The notes under the pieces: model-generated
What the model saw: only the letters and a program-made list of their open reading frames with translations
What the model was told of the DNA's origin: nothing
The model's database searches: none
Position numbers and translations under genes: made by a program
Part shown: piece by piece, positions 22,184-32,150 of the stretch
How the letters are laid out: every line of letters begins with the position of its first letter
How positions within the stretch are numbered: the first letter of the stretch is position 1
Assembly: GCA_046754465.1 (NCBI GenBank)
Contig: JBHHVU010000009.1
Coordinates: forward strand, 1 to 64,000
Origin: Nitrospinaceae bacterium
GTDB lineage: Bacteria > Nitrospinota > Nitrospinia > Nitrospinales > VA-1
Length of the DNA stretch: 64,000 bases
Direction: 5' to 3'

Positions 22184-23203
22184 TTATAACACCTTGATCG
22201 CGCTGGTGATTAAAAGATTGAGCAGACAAAGAGGCAAAAGAACTTTCCATCCAAAGGTCATCAACCGGTCGTAACGAATTCTGGGAAAAGTCGACCGCAA
22301 CCAGATGAAGACACAAAGCAAAAGGAACACTTTGACCGCGAAAGCCACGATAGGCCAGACAGGGAGACCATAAGTGTTCCAACCGCCCAGGAACAGCAGC
22401 GTCACCAACGAACTCATGGTGACCATGTTGATATATTCCCCCATGAAGAACATGGCGAACTTCATACCCGTATATTCCGTATGGAACCCGGCCACCAGTT
22501 CCTGCTCCGCTTCCGGAAGATCGAACGGCGCCCGGTTGGTTTCCGCCACGCCCGCCGTGAAAAACAACAGGAACGCCAGCGGTTGCGTCAGGATAAATGG
22601 CAGGGTTTTCTGGTATTCCACCAGATCGATCAGGTTCAACGACCCGGTCATCAGGATGATGCTGAGAGCCGAAAGCCCGAGGGTCAATTCATAACTGATC
22701 ATTTGCGCGGAAGAACGCAACCCGCCCATCAGGGAGTATTTGCTGTTCGAGGAAAGGCCCGCCAGAACCATTCCGTAAATGCCCATCCCGGAAATCGCGA
22801 ACACAAATAAAATCCCTGAATTGATATTGGCCCCCCACAGGCCGATCTTCTGGCCGAACACCTCAATCGGTTCACCAAAGGGGATCACCGCGAAAGTGAC
22901 AATGGCCGTGAAGACCACCACCGCCGGCGCCAAGTGATATAAAAACTTGTCCGCCGAACTCTGGATGATCGATTCCTTGAACAAAAGTTTGATCGAGTCG
23001 GCAAAAGGCTGACCCAGGCCCAGCGGCCCGACACGGTTGGGTCCCAGCCGCACCTGAAACCGCCCCATCAGCCGGCGCTCCAGCCAAACCAGACCCGGCA
23101 CCACCGCCAGCAGACCTCCCGCGATCACCACCGCCTTGATCGAGCCTATGATCAGGTCCGCATTCAGAAGGGGTTCAAAAAAATTCAGTATTTCATCAAT
23201 CAA
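22184..23203 (-). CDS. nuoH: NADH-quinone oxidoreductase subunit H
   Basis: ERRLMGRFQVRLGPNRVGP, QMISYE, AETNRAPFDLPEAEQELVAGFHTEY, PRIRYD. Confidence 0.97.
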   Translation of the reverse strand: MIDEILNFFEPLLNADLIIGSIKAVVIAGGLLAVVPGLVWLERRLMGRFQVRLGPNRVGPLGLGQPFADSIKLLFKESIIQSSADKFLYHLAPAVVVFTAIVTFAVIPFGEPIEVFGQKIGLWGANINSGILFVFAISGMGIYGMVLAGLSSNSKYSLMGGLRSSAQMISYELTLGLSALSIILMTGSLNLIDLVEYQKTLPFILTQPLAFLLFFTAGVAETNRAPFDLPEAEQELVAGFHTEYTGMKFAMFFMGEYINMVTMSSLVTLLFLGGWNTYGLPVWPIVAFAVKVFLLLCVFIWLRSTFPRIRYDRLMTFGWKVLLPLCLLNLLITSAIKVL

Positions 23204-23244
23204 AACGATGTTTGTCTCCTTTATTTCTCAACCAAGCCGGTGCA

Positions 23245-25734
23245 TTAACATTTGTGAATCTCCACCCAATCCGCCGACCCTCCTCCGGAAACCAATCCTC
23301 CGACACCCTGTTCATCGGAAATTCTGGGAACCACCACGGCACCCGGATTGCAACGGTTGGAAATTTCCACCTCTGCCTTGACCTGAGCCTTCCCGGACTC
23401 GATCCAAACCTCATCCCCGTTTTGCAAGCCGAGGATTTTGGCGTCCTCTTCGTTAAGGTGGATAGTCGAGGGTTTGAAATGATGCGCAAGCTGTGAGGAG
23501 GCGTCCAAAATTTTATCGTGGGCGAACAGATAAGAAGCGATCCTCAACTTAAGTGACCCGGAATTGTTCCCGGCCGGGAAATCCGGCGATTCCGCGCCGG
23601 ATTCTGGAGTTCGGGAAATGGCCAGGCGATTTTTTCCCACCTGTTTGACGCTCTTTTTGTTGATCTCTCCATAACCGGGGACCTTGGCGGCAATTTCATC
23701 GGTCACGCTGAATGAGGGCAGGAAACGGCTCTCCCCGCCCAGGGTCTCGGCCATCCAGGAAACGATTTTCCAATCGGGCGGGTTGACGGTATTCAGTCCG
23801 CGTTTTCTCAACTGCACCCGGCCGCCGATATTGGTGGTGGTCCCCTCGTCGTATCCCGGCCCGTTGGAAGGCAAAACAATATGGGCCCGTTGGGAAGTTT
23901 CCGTTTCCAGCATATCGTGGACCACCAGCAGGTCCAGTTTACCGAGGGCCGCGGCCACTGTTTCCCCGCCGGGAAATTCCACGGCCGGATTGGACCGGTA
24001 AACGAGGAGGGCCTTGAGTTCGCCCGATTCCGCCTTCGCCATCATCTCCAGCGCGGAAAGTCCGGTTTGGAGGGGCGCCTTCTCCCCCCATTGCTTTTTG
24101 ATCGTCTCCCCCTCGGTCAGAGGAATCCCGCCGGGATAATAGCCGGGCAACACGCCCATGTCCAGGGCGCCCACGGCATTGGTGAACGGCGCCGCCGGTA
24201 TGGCCCCGCACTCGATGGACGGAATCTTCCCGATCACGGACAACAGATGCCGGAGCTTGTGGACCGCCCCGCCGGTCAAGGCGGCCGGATTGTAAATGAC
24301 GGTCACCTTGGCACTGGACCGAACCTGTGCGACGAGGGATTGTATCTGCTCCATTTCGATCCCGGTGTCCTTTCGGATATCCGGGATGGCGCCGCCGGAT
24401 TCGGGTCCGGTTTCCCGGGAAAGATAGTCCGCCATGGTGGCGAACACCCGTGCATCGGACCCGATATTGAATCGCAGGGAAAGTTGGGCGTACCGGTCCA
24501 TCAGGGTGGACTGATCGTTCAGGACGGCCAGTTTCACGCCGTGCCGGGTGACCGCTTTTTTAATTCTTAAATCGAGGATGGGCAATTCCTCGGTGGGGTC
24601 GCTGGCAATCAACAACACCAGGGTGGAGGTCTCGATATCGTCAAAATCGTAATGGTTTATGGGCAGGCCGGGGGTTTCGGCATAGGTCTTATGGTCGATA
24701 TTGTTGGTTCCAAAATTCAGCCGGAACAGTTTCTGGTAGAGATACAGTTCCTCGTTGGTGCCGTAAGGCGATCCGATAAATCCCACGCTTTCGGGTCCAT
24801 GCGTATCGACGATTTTCTGGATGGCCCGGGCCGCCTGGGCCGCCGCTTCCTTGACGGGAAGGGACCGGTTCTTTCCATCGAACGTGGTGCGGGCCTCGAC
24901 GATTCGGTTTTTGGCATGCAGGAAATCCTGACCCCACCGGCCCTTGTCGCAGACCCAACCGTCATTGACCCCGTCGTTGGGGCGGGCCTGGACGCGCATG
25001 AACTGGTTGAGACGCGTTCCGAGGACCATGTTGCAGTTGCAACCGCAATGCGCGCAAAGGGTGTCGGTATTCTTCAGGTCCCAGGTCCGCGCCTTGAACC
25101 GGAACTGGGTATTGGTCAAGGCGCCCACGGGGCAGATGTCGATCACATTTCCCGAAAACCGGGTATTGTAGGGTTCGTCGTTAAAGGTGCCGATTTCGTT
25201 GTGGAATCCGCGGTTGAGCATCACCAGGGCCTGGTCCTGCTCGATGACCTCGCTGTAACGGGTGCAACGCTGGCAGGCGATGCAACGTTCCCGGTCCAGG
25301 GTGATGACGGGGCTGAGAGGCGCGGCCTTCAAGTTGTGGGCGCGGCCGAACTCCATTCGCGTATCGCCCGGACCGTACTTGAAGGTATTGTTCTGCAGGG
25401 GGCACTCCCCGCCTTTATCGCAAACCGGGCAATCCAGGGGATGATTGAGCAGCGTGAATTCCAGGACCCCTTTCTGGGCCTTTTCCACTTTCGGCGTGGT
25501 GGTTTTGACCACCATGTCCGGTCCGGCGTCGAGGGTGCAGGCGGTCATCAGTTTCGGCATCTTCTCCACTTCGACCAGGCACATGCGGCAACAGCCGAGG
25601 GAACCCAGTTTTTCGTGGTAGCAGAAAACGGGAATCTCGATGCCCACCTGTTTGGCGGCGTCCACGACCTTGGTGCCCCGGGCCACGGTAACGGCTTGAT
25701 CGTCTATGGTCAATGTGATGGAGTTGTTTCCCAT
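23245..25734 (-). CDS. nuoG: NADH-quinone oxidoreductase subunit G
   Basis: FCYH..GCCRMCLVE, NHPLDCPVCDKGGECPLQ, RCIACQRC..DICPVGAL, CAHCGCNC..C (N7-type), molybdopterin-fold C-terminus. Confidence 0.95.
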   Translation of the reverse strand: MGNNSITLTIDDQAVTVARGTKVVDAAKQVGIEIPVFCYHEKLGSLGCCRMCLVEVEKMPKLMTACTLDAGPDMVVKTTTPKVEKAQKGVLEFTLLNHPLDCPVCDKGGECPLQNNTFKYGPGDTRMEFGRAHNLKAAPLSPVITLDRERCIACQRCTRYSEVIEQDQALVMLNRGFHNEIGTFNDEPYNTRFSGNVIDICPVGALTNTQFRFKARTWDLKNTDTLCAHCGCNCNMVLGTRLNQFMRVQARPNDGVNDGWVCDKGRWGQDFLHAKNRIVEARTTFDGKNRSLPVKEAAAQAARAIQKIVDTHGPESVGFIGSPYGTNEELYLYQKLFRLNFGTNNIDHKTYAETPGLPINHYDFDDIETSTLVLLIASDPTEELPILDLRIKKAVTRHGVKLAVLNDQSTLMDRYAQLSLRFNIGSDARVFATMADYLSRETGPESGGAIPDIRKDTGIEMEQIQSLVAQVRSSAKVTVIYNPAALTGGAVHKLRHLLSVIGKIPSIECGAIPAAPFTNAVGALDMGVLPGYYPGGIPLTEGETIKKQWGEKAPLQTGLSALEMMAKAESGELKALLVYRSNPAVEFPGGETVAAALGKLDLLVVHDMLETETSQRAHIVLPSNGPGYDEGTTTNIGGRVQLRKRGLNTVNPPDWKIVSWMAETLGGESRFLPSFSVTDEIAAKVPGYGEINKKSVKQVGKNRLAISRTPESGAESPDFPAGNNSGSLKLRIASYLFAHDKILDASSQLAHHFKPSTIHLNEEDAKILGLQNGDEVWIESGKAQVKAEVEISNRCNPGAVVVPRISDEQGVGGLVSGGGSADWVEIHKC

Positions 25735-25747
25735 ATCCTCAGTCCAA

Positions 25748-27007
25748 TTATAAGGCCGCCTGGGCCGTCATTTTTTCGATCATGGCGTCGTAATCCTCGC
25801 GGAAGGTTTTGATGCTGCTGATCACCGGGGCGACGGCGGCATCTCCCAGCGGACAAAAACACTTGAAGCTCATGTTATCGCAGATATCCGTCAGCTCCTC
25901 CACGTGGAGTTTGCTGCCTTTCCCGTTCTGAATCTGGGAAAGGATTTGCCACATCCAGCGCGTCCCTTCCCGGCAGGGAGTGCATTTTCCGCAGGATTCA
26001 TGCATGTAAAAACTGACGAGCCGGAGCGTGGTTTCCACCACGTTCACGGTGTGGTCCATCACGATCAGGGCTCCGGAACCCAGCATCGTCCCGGCGGCCT
26101 GAAGCGATTCGTAATCATAGGGGGTATCGACCTTTTCGGCGGGAAGCATGGGCACGGAAGAGCCGCCGGGGATAAAGGCTTTCAAGCGGTTGCCGTTACG
26201 GATTCCTCCCGCCATATCATAAATGATTTCCCGTACGGGGGTGCCCAGCACGACCTCGTAATTCCCCGGTTTCTTGACGTGTCCCGAAACGCTGACCAGT
26301 TTGGTTCCCTTGCTTTTTTCCGTTCCCAGGGCGGCGTATTTTTCCGCGCCTTCGTTCACGATGCAGGGAACGACGCAAAGGGTCTCCACGTTGTTGATGA
26401 CCGTGGGTTTGGCATACAGGCCTTCCACGGCGGGAAACGGGGGTTTCATCCGGGGTTCGCCGCGCCTGCCCTCCAGGGAATTCAAAAGCGCCGACTCCTC
26501 TCCGCAGATGTAGGCCCCGGCGCCCAAATGGGTATGAATGTCCAGATCGAAACCAGAACCCAAAATATTTTTGCCAAGGTATCCTTTGGCATAAGCCTCT
26601 TCAAGCGCTTTTTCCATGACTTCACACAAATCGTGGAACTCCCCGCGCATGTAGATGTATCCGGTCCCGACACGGCAAGCGTAGGAACAAAGGATCATGC
26701 CCTCGATCAGCAGGTGCGGATTTTTTTGCAGGAGTTCCCGGTCCTTGCAGGTTCCCGGTTCGCTTTCATCGGCATTACAGCAGAGGTAGCGGGGAAACAC
26801 GTCCTTCGCCAGAAAACTCCATTTCAGTCCGGTGGGGAACCCCGCCCCGCCCCGTCCCCGGAGACCGGAGGCCTTCACCATTTCCACGATTTCACCGGGC
26901 GGCTTGGCGAAGGCTTTTTGGAGGCTCTTGTACCCCCCCTGTTTTTCGTAGACCTCCAGGGTTTCGAGCCCTTCCATATTGATATTTTTAAAAAGGATCT
27001 GGGTCAT
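25748..27007 (-). CDS. nuoF: NADH-quinone oxidoreductase subunit F
   Basis: SGLRGRGGAGFPTGLKW, NADESEPGT, GAYICGEESAL, ESCGKCTPCREG. Confidence 0.97.
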   Translation of the reverse strand: MTQILFKNINMEGLETLEVYEKQGGYKSLQKAFAKPPGEIVEMVKASGLRGRGGAGFPTGLKWSFLAKDVFPRYLCCNADESEPGTCKDRELLQKNPHLLIEGMILCSYACRVGTGYIYMRGEFHDLCEVMEKALEEAYAKGYLGKNILGSGFDLDIHTHLGAGAYICGEESALLNSLEGRRGEPRMKPPFPAVEGLYAKPTVINNVETLCVVPCIVNEGAEKYAALGTEKSKGTKLVSVSGHVKKPGNYEVVLGTPVREIIYDMAGGIRNGNRLKAFIPGGSSVPMLPAEKVDTPYDYESLQAAGTMLGSGALIVMDHTVNVVETTLRLVSFYMHESCGKCTPCREGTRWMWQILSQIQNGKGSKLHVEELTDICDNMSFKCFCPLGDAAVAPVISSIKTFREDYDAMIEKMTAQAAL

Positions 27008-27022
27008 GGCATGGGATCTGGG

Positions 27023-27493
27023 TCAATCCAGTGAATCGAGAATCCGGTCAATTTTTTCCGGGGTCAGGTTTTCATAATACGTATCGTTGACCCGCATCAT
27101 GGGCGCGCCCGCGCAAGCCGCCAGGCATTCCTCCCGGCGCAGGGTAAACTTTCTATCCGCGGTGGTTTCCCCGGGCTGGATGTTTAACTTTTTGGCAGTG
27201 TAATCCAGCAGGGCATCGCACCCGTTCAACTGGCAACTGATATTGATGCAGAACAGAATCACGTATTTGCCGACGGGCCCAGTGAAATACATGGTGTAAA
27301 AGGAGCACACCGACTGCACATACGCAGGCGAGACATCGAGACGCCGGGCGATTTCCACCATGGCATCCGGGCTGATGTATCCCTCCTGCCGCTGGGCCAG
27401 GGTCAGCAGGGGCAACAGGGCCGACTGGCGGAAGGGATATTTACCCAGGATCTTTTCGATCTGCTTTTCAGAGGTATCAGTAAACGTGAACAT
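27023..27493 (-). CDS. nuoE: NADH-quinone oxidoreductase subunit E
   Basis: SALLPLL, SFYTMY, CINISC..ECLAACAGAP; start MFTF at 27493 overlaps the nuoD stop. Confidence 0.95.
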   Translation of the reverse strand: MFTFTDTSEKQIEKILGKYPFRQSALLPLLTLAQRQEGYISPDAMVEIARRLDVSPAYVQSVCSFYTMYFTGPVGKYVILFCINISCQLNGCDALLDYTAKKLNIQPGETTADRKFTLRREECLAACAGAPMMRVNDTYYENLTPEKIDRILDSLD

Positions 27494-28692
27494 CAGCGGT
27501 CCACTTCCCCCATGACAATGTCGATACTGCCGATGACGGCCACCACATCGGCGATAAACGCTCCTTCCATCATTTTGCACATGCCGGGGATAACCAGGAA
27601 AGACGGCGCCCGCAACTTGACGCGGTAGGGAATGTTGCTGCCGTCGCTGACGATATAAAACCCAACTTCGCCCCGGGGCCCTTCCACAGGAACATACGTT
27701 TCCCCCCGGGGCACGCTGACCCCCTCGGAAACCAGCTTAAAATGATGGATCAGGGCTTCCATGCTGGTATGGAGGGTATCCCGGTCTGGCAGGGAGACTT
27801 TGTTGTCGGGCGCTTTGTAAGGTCCGTCGGGCAGATGGTTGAGGGCCTGGGCGATGATTTTGCGGCTTTGCCGCATTTCCTCCACCCGCATCAGATAGCG
27901 GTCATAGACATCGCCGTTTTTCCCCACCGGGACCTCGAAATCAAAATTTTCATATCCGCTGTAGGGGCGTTTTTTGCGAAAATCGAAATCCACCCCCGAG
28001 GCGCGCAGGGCGGGTCCGCTCAAGCTCCACTGGAGGGCCTCTTCGCGGCTGAACGTTCCCACCCCCTCGGTCCGGTCCAGCCAGATGGGGTTTCGGGTCA
28101 GGAGACGTTCGTATTCGTCGATTTTCGCGGGAAAGTAATCGATGAACTTGCGGACCTTATCCAGCCATTCCGGGGTGGCGTCCTTCATGACCCCGCCCAC
28201 CCTGATGTAACTGGTCATCATGCGGACCCCGGAGATTTCTTCATTAAGATCGAGGATCATTTCACGTTCGCGCCAACAGTACAGGAACACCGTCATCGCC
28301 CCTATATCCATGGCATGAGTGGCCAGCCAGACGAGGTGGCTGCCGATTCGGGTCAGTTCGCATATGATCACGCGTAAATACTGAGCCCGGAGCGGGATGT
28401 CACACTGAAGAAGTTTTTCGGTGGTCAGGCAAAAGGCCAGGTTGTTGCCGAGCGGATTGAGGTAATCGAGCCGGTCGGTCATGGGGATGACATGAACGTA
28501 ACGCTTGCTTTCCGCGGTTTTCTCGATTCCGGTATGGAGGTATCCGATTTCCGGATCGGCCGATTTCACGATCTCCCCGTCCATTTCCAGGATGACGCGG
28601 AAAACCCCGTGGGTGCTGGGGTGCGATGGTCCCATATTGAGGGTCATCGTGTCTTTTTCGCGTTCCAGCAGACCTTGTTCGGTGACACTCAT
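27493..28692 (-). CDS. nuoD: NADH-quinone oxidoreductase subunit D
   Basis: NMGPSHPSTHGVFR, GYLHTGIEK, DRLDY, EGPRGE, DIVMGEVDR. Confidence 0.97.
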   Translation of the reverse strand: MSVTEQGLLEREKDTMTLNMGPSHPSTHGVFRVILEMDGEIVKSADPEIGYLHTGIEKTAESKRYVHVIPMTDRLDYLNPLGNNLAFCLTTEKLLQCDIPLRAQYLRVIICELTRIGSHLVWLATHAMDIGAMTVFLYCWREREMILDLNEEISGVRMMTSYIRVGGVMKDATPEWLDKVRKFIDYFPAKIDEYERLLTRNPIWLDRTEGVGTFSREEALQWSLSGPALRASGVDFDFRKKRPYSGYENFDFEVPVGKNGDVYDRYLMRVEEMRQSRKIIAQALNHLPDGPYKAPDNKVSLPDRDTLHTSMEALIHHFKLVSEGVSVPRGETYVPVEGPRGEVGFYIVSDGSNIPYRVKLRAPSFLVIPGMCKMMEGAFIADVVAVIGSIDIVMGEVDR

Positions 28693-28701
28693 GATGGCAG
28701 T

Positions 28702-29232
28702 TTACTTGTTGGCAGGTTTGGTTTTTACCAGTTCGCTTTTGTAATCACGATTGTGGGAAAAGGCCACGGTTTCGGTGGTGAGGGGATAATCCCTCCTCAA
28801 GGGATGCCCTTCAAATTCCTCGGGCATGATCAGGCGCTGGAGTTTGGGATGGCCGGTCACCTGAAACCCAAACATATCGAAAAGCTCCCGCTCGGGAAAC
28901 AGGGCGCCTTTCCACAAATCCGATACCGTCGGGACGGTGGGATCTTCCTCCTCCAAACCCACCCGGATGCGGATGGAATGGTTGTGCTCGAAGGAATGAA
29001 GTTGATACACCGACTCGAAACGGGGTTCCCGGTCCTGATCCAGGTAATCCACTCCGGTGATGTCCGAAAGGTATTCGAACTTCAAGCCGGGGTCATCCTT
29101 CAAAAACCCCGCAACTTTGTGGAGGGAATCCGGCGAAACAAATATCACTGCATCACCGTGGGTGACTTCGGCTTTCTGAATTTCCTCTCCCAAGGCGAAT
29201 CGAACATGCTCCACGACCTCTTGACTGGTCAT
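28702..29232 (-). CDS. nuoC: NADH-quinone oxidoreductase subunit C
   Basis: [25 protein letters not shown]; start MTSQ overlaps the nuoB stop (ATGA). Confidence 0.95.
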   Translation of the reverse strand: MTSQEVVEHVRFALGEEIQKAEVTHGDAVIFVSPDSLHKVAGFLKDDPGLKFEYLSDITGVDYLDQDREPRFESVYQLHSFEHNHSIRIRVGLEEEDPTVPTVSDLWKGALFPERELFDMFGFQVTGHPKLQRLIMPEEFEGHPLRRDYPLTTETVAFSHNRDYKSELVKTKPANK

Positions 29233-29813
29233 GCCACCCTCTTTTTGGCCCGATCGGTCCCCGCTTCCCGCATAATTTTTTCCTGAAGCTTGATGATTCC
29301 GTAAAGCAGCGCTTCGGGACCGGGGGGACAACCGGGAACATAAACATCGACGGGGACCACCCGGTCCACCCCCTGTACGATGGCATAATTGTTGAAAATG
29401 CCTCCGCAGGAAGCGCAGGCTCCCATGGAGATCACCCACTTGGGTTCGGGCATCTGATCGTAAATCTGCTTGAGAACCGGGGCCATTTTTTGCGACACGC
29501 GTCCGGAAACGATCATCAAATCCGCCTGGCGGGGCGAGGCTCGAAACACTTCCGCCCCGAAACGCGCCGCGTCCCAACGCGAATTGGCCATGGCCATCAT
29601 CTCGATGGCGCAACAGGCCAAACCGAAGGTGGCGGGCCACAGGGCGTTCTTTTGCGCCCAACCGACCACTTTGCCCAACTTCGTGGTCAGAATGCTGTCA
29701 TAAACGGCGCCGGAAAACTCATATTCCAGAGCTTCCACGGTATCCTTGACGTTCAACTTTATATTGTTGATTTCGGTCTCAAAAGCATCGACCGCGCTAT
29801 CGATCAATCCCAT
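29229..29813 (-). CDS. nuoB: NADH-quinone oxidoreductase subunit B
   Basis: [36 protein letters not shown]. Confidence 0.97.
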   Translation of the reverse strand: MGLIDSAVDAFETEINNIKLNVKDTVEALEYEFSGAVYDSILTTKLGKVVGWAQKNALWPATFGLACCAIEMMAMANSRWDAARFGAEVFRASPRQADLMIVSGRVSQKMAPVLKQIYDQMPEPKWVISMGACASCGGIFNNYAIVQGVDRVVPVDVYVPGCPPGPEALLYGIIKLQEKIMREAGTDRAKKRVA

Positions 29814-30157
29814 TCCAAACCTCCCCGCCCCCAAATGTAGGCGTAAGCGATCCCCAAAATACATACGAAAACAACCATTTCGATAAAACCGAACATTTTG
29901 AGCTGATCCAGCGCCACGGCCCAGGGATACATGAAAACCACTTCAATATCGAAGATGATAAACAACATGGCGATGGTCGCGAAACGGACCGGATACCTGC
30001 CCTTGGCTTCTTCCCGGGGAATGATCCCACACTCATAAGGGATTAATTTCTGCGGCGTTGGGTTCCTCGGCCCCAATATAGTGGACAATACCAGAAGGCC
30101 TCCAATAACAACCAAGGCGACGACGGCAAATAAGGATATAAAAAAATAATCAGCCAT
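29804..30157 (-). CDS. nuoA: NADH-quinone oxidoreductase subunit A
   Basis: [27 protein letters not shown]. Confidence 0.96.
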   Translation of the reverse strand: MADYFFISLFAVVALVVIGGLLVLSTILGPRNPTPQKLIPYECGIIPREEAKGRYPVRFATIAMLFIIFDIEVVFMYPWAVALDQLKMFGFIEMVVFVCILGIAYAYIWGRGGLEWD

Positions 30158-30339
30158 GAGGGTTTCCCGGAGAGATACCTTCCACCACTGCAACGGAAAA
30201 GTATTCGAATTCACCCACTTTCACCGTTGGCGAGTATGGCTCTCCCTTCCCTTAAAACCAAGGATGAATACCGTTTTCAAACCGTTTTTATGTTAGCACC
30301 AATGCCTTCAAAACAGGACAGAAACCAATTGGATTGGCG

Positions 30340-30367
30340 ATTATATCAGCCTTCTAACCCCTGTCAA
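30340..30367 (-). promoter_or_regulatory. Consensus sigma-70 promoter of the nuo operon
   Basis: Minus strand TTGACA-N16-TATAAT (both hexamers perfect), about 180 nt upstream of nuoA. Confidence 0.75.
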
Positions 30368-30670
30368 TGATTGATTTGGAAGCCGTCGGGCCATTTGGCC
30401 CACCCTGTGGGACCCATTGAATACTGTTTGAATTCAAGAGGTTTTCCTTCTGATAAATTCATATCGGAAAAATCCCGGGCTTCGCGGCAGGACAAAAGGT
30501 AAATTCCCGGGTTCGGTAGGGATAACTCAAAAAACAGGGATGGAAACAGGGGGGAGGTGCTGAAATGGCAAGTTTATCAAACCCGGCTGCGTGCCGAAAG
30601 AAGGGGTGAGGTCTGCCCAAATCCTACCCATAGGCCCCGCGCTAACCGGCACAAAAGCCGTGGCCTTAAA

Positions 30671-32008
30671 TCATTCCCGGTACTCGATGTGCAGCCGGTA
30701 AATCAATCCGGTGCGGTTGTCTTCCGGGGTTTCGGCATCGGGTTTGGCGAAACAGATGAGTTCAAGGTACAGAAAATTCTCGCCCCCCTTGATGAACTTA
30801 TCGATATCTATGATAAAAGGATCGGGATAATCCGCCCCCCCGTATTCCTGCTTCAGGCCCACATCGTTCACCGTGAGGTGGCAGGTATCGTCGGACCGCA
30901 GGTATAGATCGGCCCGCACGATCGATTGGACCTTCTCCACGGGCACATTGAATGCCAAGCGAAACTTGTTCTGACTCCCGGTTTTCGCTTCCTCCAGGGT
31001 GGGGGATTCCCGGATCCATACCCACTGGCTGCCCTTGATCGACCGCCAAACCGGGTCCATTTCACAAATCGTGGCCGGCCGCCAGGTATCGGCCCCAATA
31101 TCGTAATACTCGGTATCCCGTCCGCTGGTGAACACCAGGGTCCGGGTGGTGGTGGCCAGGGGGTCCGTCTTGATGAGGTCGACGCGCCGGCTACCCTCCC
31201 ACATGAGATTGTTCATTTCCTGCCAGTAATCGTACATGCCGTTCTTTTTCCGGATCACCATCATGCTCGGCCTGGGGGTGGTGCGCCCCAGGTAAGGCCC
31301 GATGTCGGCGATGATCATCCCACCCGGATGGTCGCCATCCACCGAAATGAAGGAATGCGAGGGAATGGTGTCATACGTGTGAACGATGAGGGTTCCCTTG
31401 GAAGGATGTCCCGGTTCGTTTTCGATTTCATATTGAACCTTCTGCAGGAGAAGCAGGGAGGTTTTGATTTCATTCAGGAATGTGGACTTGCCGCCGCCCT
31501 GCTTGGTGATGAGTTCCACCACGGGAGAATTCGGGTCCATCAGCAACAGCCGGACGTCGATTCCCTGCAGTACTTTTTCCTTAAGGAGTTCCCGGGAAGA
31601 GGTGGAGATGGAAAGCAGCGACGACCCGCCAATGAAGATCTCCTTCTTGACCTTCTTGAACAGACTTTCAAACGAGGTCGCTTGGGCTAGTTCGGACCGG
31701 TTCTTGTAAATGCCCTGGATTCCCAGCCGAATCCCGTCGGGGTCGATGATTTCCCTGAGCGCCTGTTTGTATTCCCGGAAAGTGAGTTCCCGCAAAAACA
31801 CTTCGTACCCGAAAGACACGATGCCGATCAGGGAAACCAACAGGGAAAACTCCCGGACGGGATGCAGCCAGACGCTGTCAGGAGCAAAAATTATCCCGGC
31901 GGTCACGTAGGCCGACCCGCCGGCCAGGAAAATCAGCAGGGCCAGAAATATAATCCGGTCCCGAACCCATTCCCGGATATTGGGTCCGCTTTTTGAGGTT
32001 TTGGCCAT
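30671..32008 (-). CDS. Hypothetical protein: 2 TM + PLD-like (DUF5919-like) domain + C-terminal beta-sandwich
   Basis: Two N-terminal TM helices; 'GIQGIYKNR..EIFIGGSSL..VRLLLMDPNS..YDTIPSHSFISVD' pattern; C-terminal 'WVW..LRSDDTCHLTVND..GENFL..GLIYRL' jelly-roll pattern. Confidence 0.7.
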   Translation of the reverse strand: MAKTSKSGPNIREWVRDRIIFLALLIFLAGGSAYVTAGIIFAPDSVWLHPVREFSLLVSLIGIVSFGYEVFLRELTFREYKQALREIIDPDGIRLGIQGIYKNRSELAQATSFESLFKKVKKEIFIGGSSLLSISTSSRELLKEKVLQGIDVRLLLMDPNSPVVELITKQGGGKSTFLNEIKTSLLLLQKVQYEIENEPGHPSKGTLIVHTYDTIPSHSFISVDGDHPGGMIIADIGPYLGRTTPRPSMMVIRKKNGMYDYWQEMNNLMWEGSRRVDLIKTDPLATTTRTLVFTSGRDTEYYDIGADTWRPATICEMDPVWRSIKGSQWVWIRESPTLEEAKTGSQNKFRLAFNVPVEKVQSIVRADLYLRSDDTCHLTVNDVGLKQEYGGADYPDPFIIDIDKFIKGGENFLYLELICFAKPDAETPEDNRTGLIYRLHIEYRE

Positions 32009-32150
32009 GGTTCCCGATAGGTGGAAAAGACAAATTCGCCCGTTTGGATGCAACTTTTATCGCGGCAAAATAATGGTGTGATCTTACCCGAAAACCCGAT
32101 CTTTCACAATGATCATTCCTCTGAATGCGGACCGGGGCCTGGCCGCGGGT

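Noticed and set aside
28702..29661. Apparent long NuoC or NuoB-C fusion (319 aa), and long NuoE (27023-27580)
   Set aside because: The extra residues are alternate-frame read-through of the upstream gene; real starts are at 29232 and 27493.
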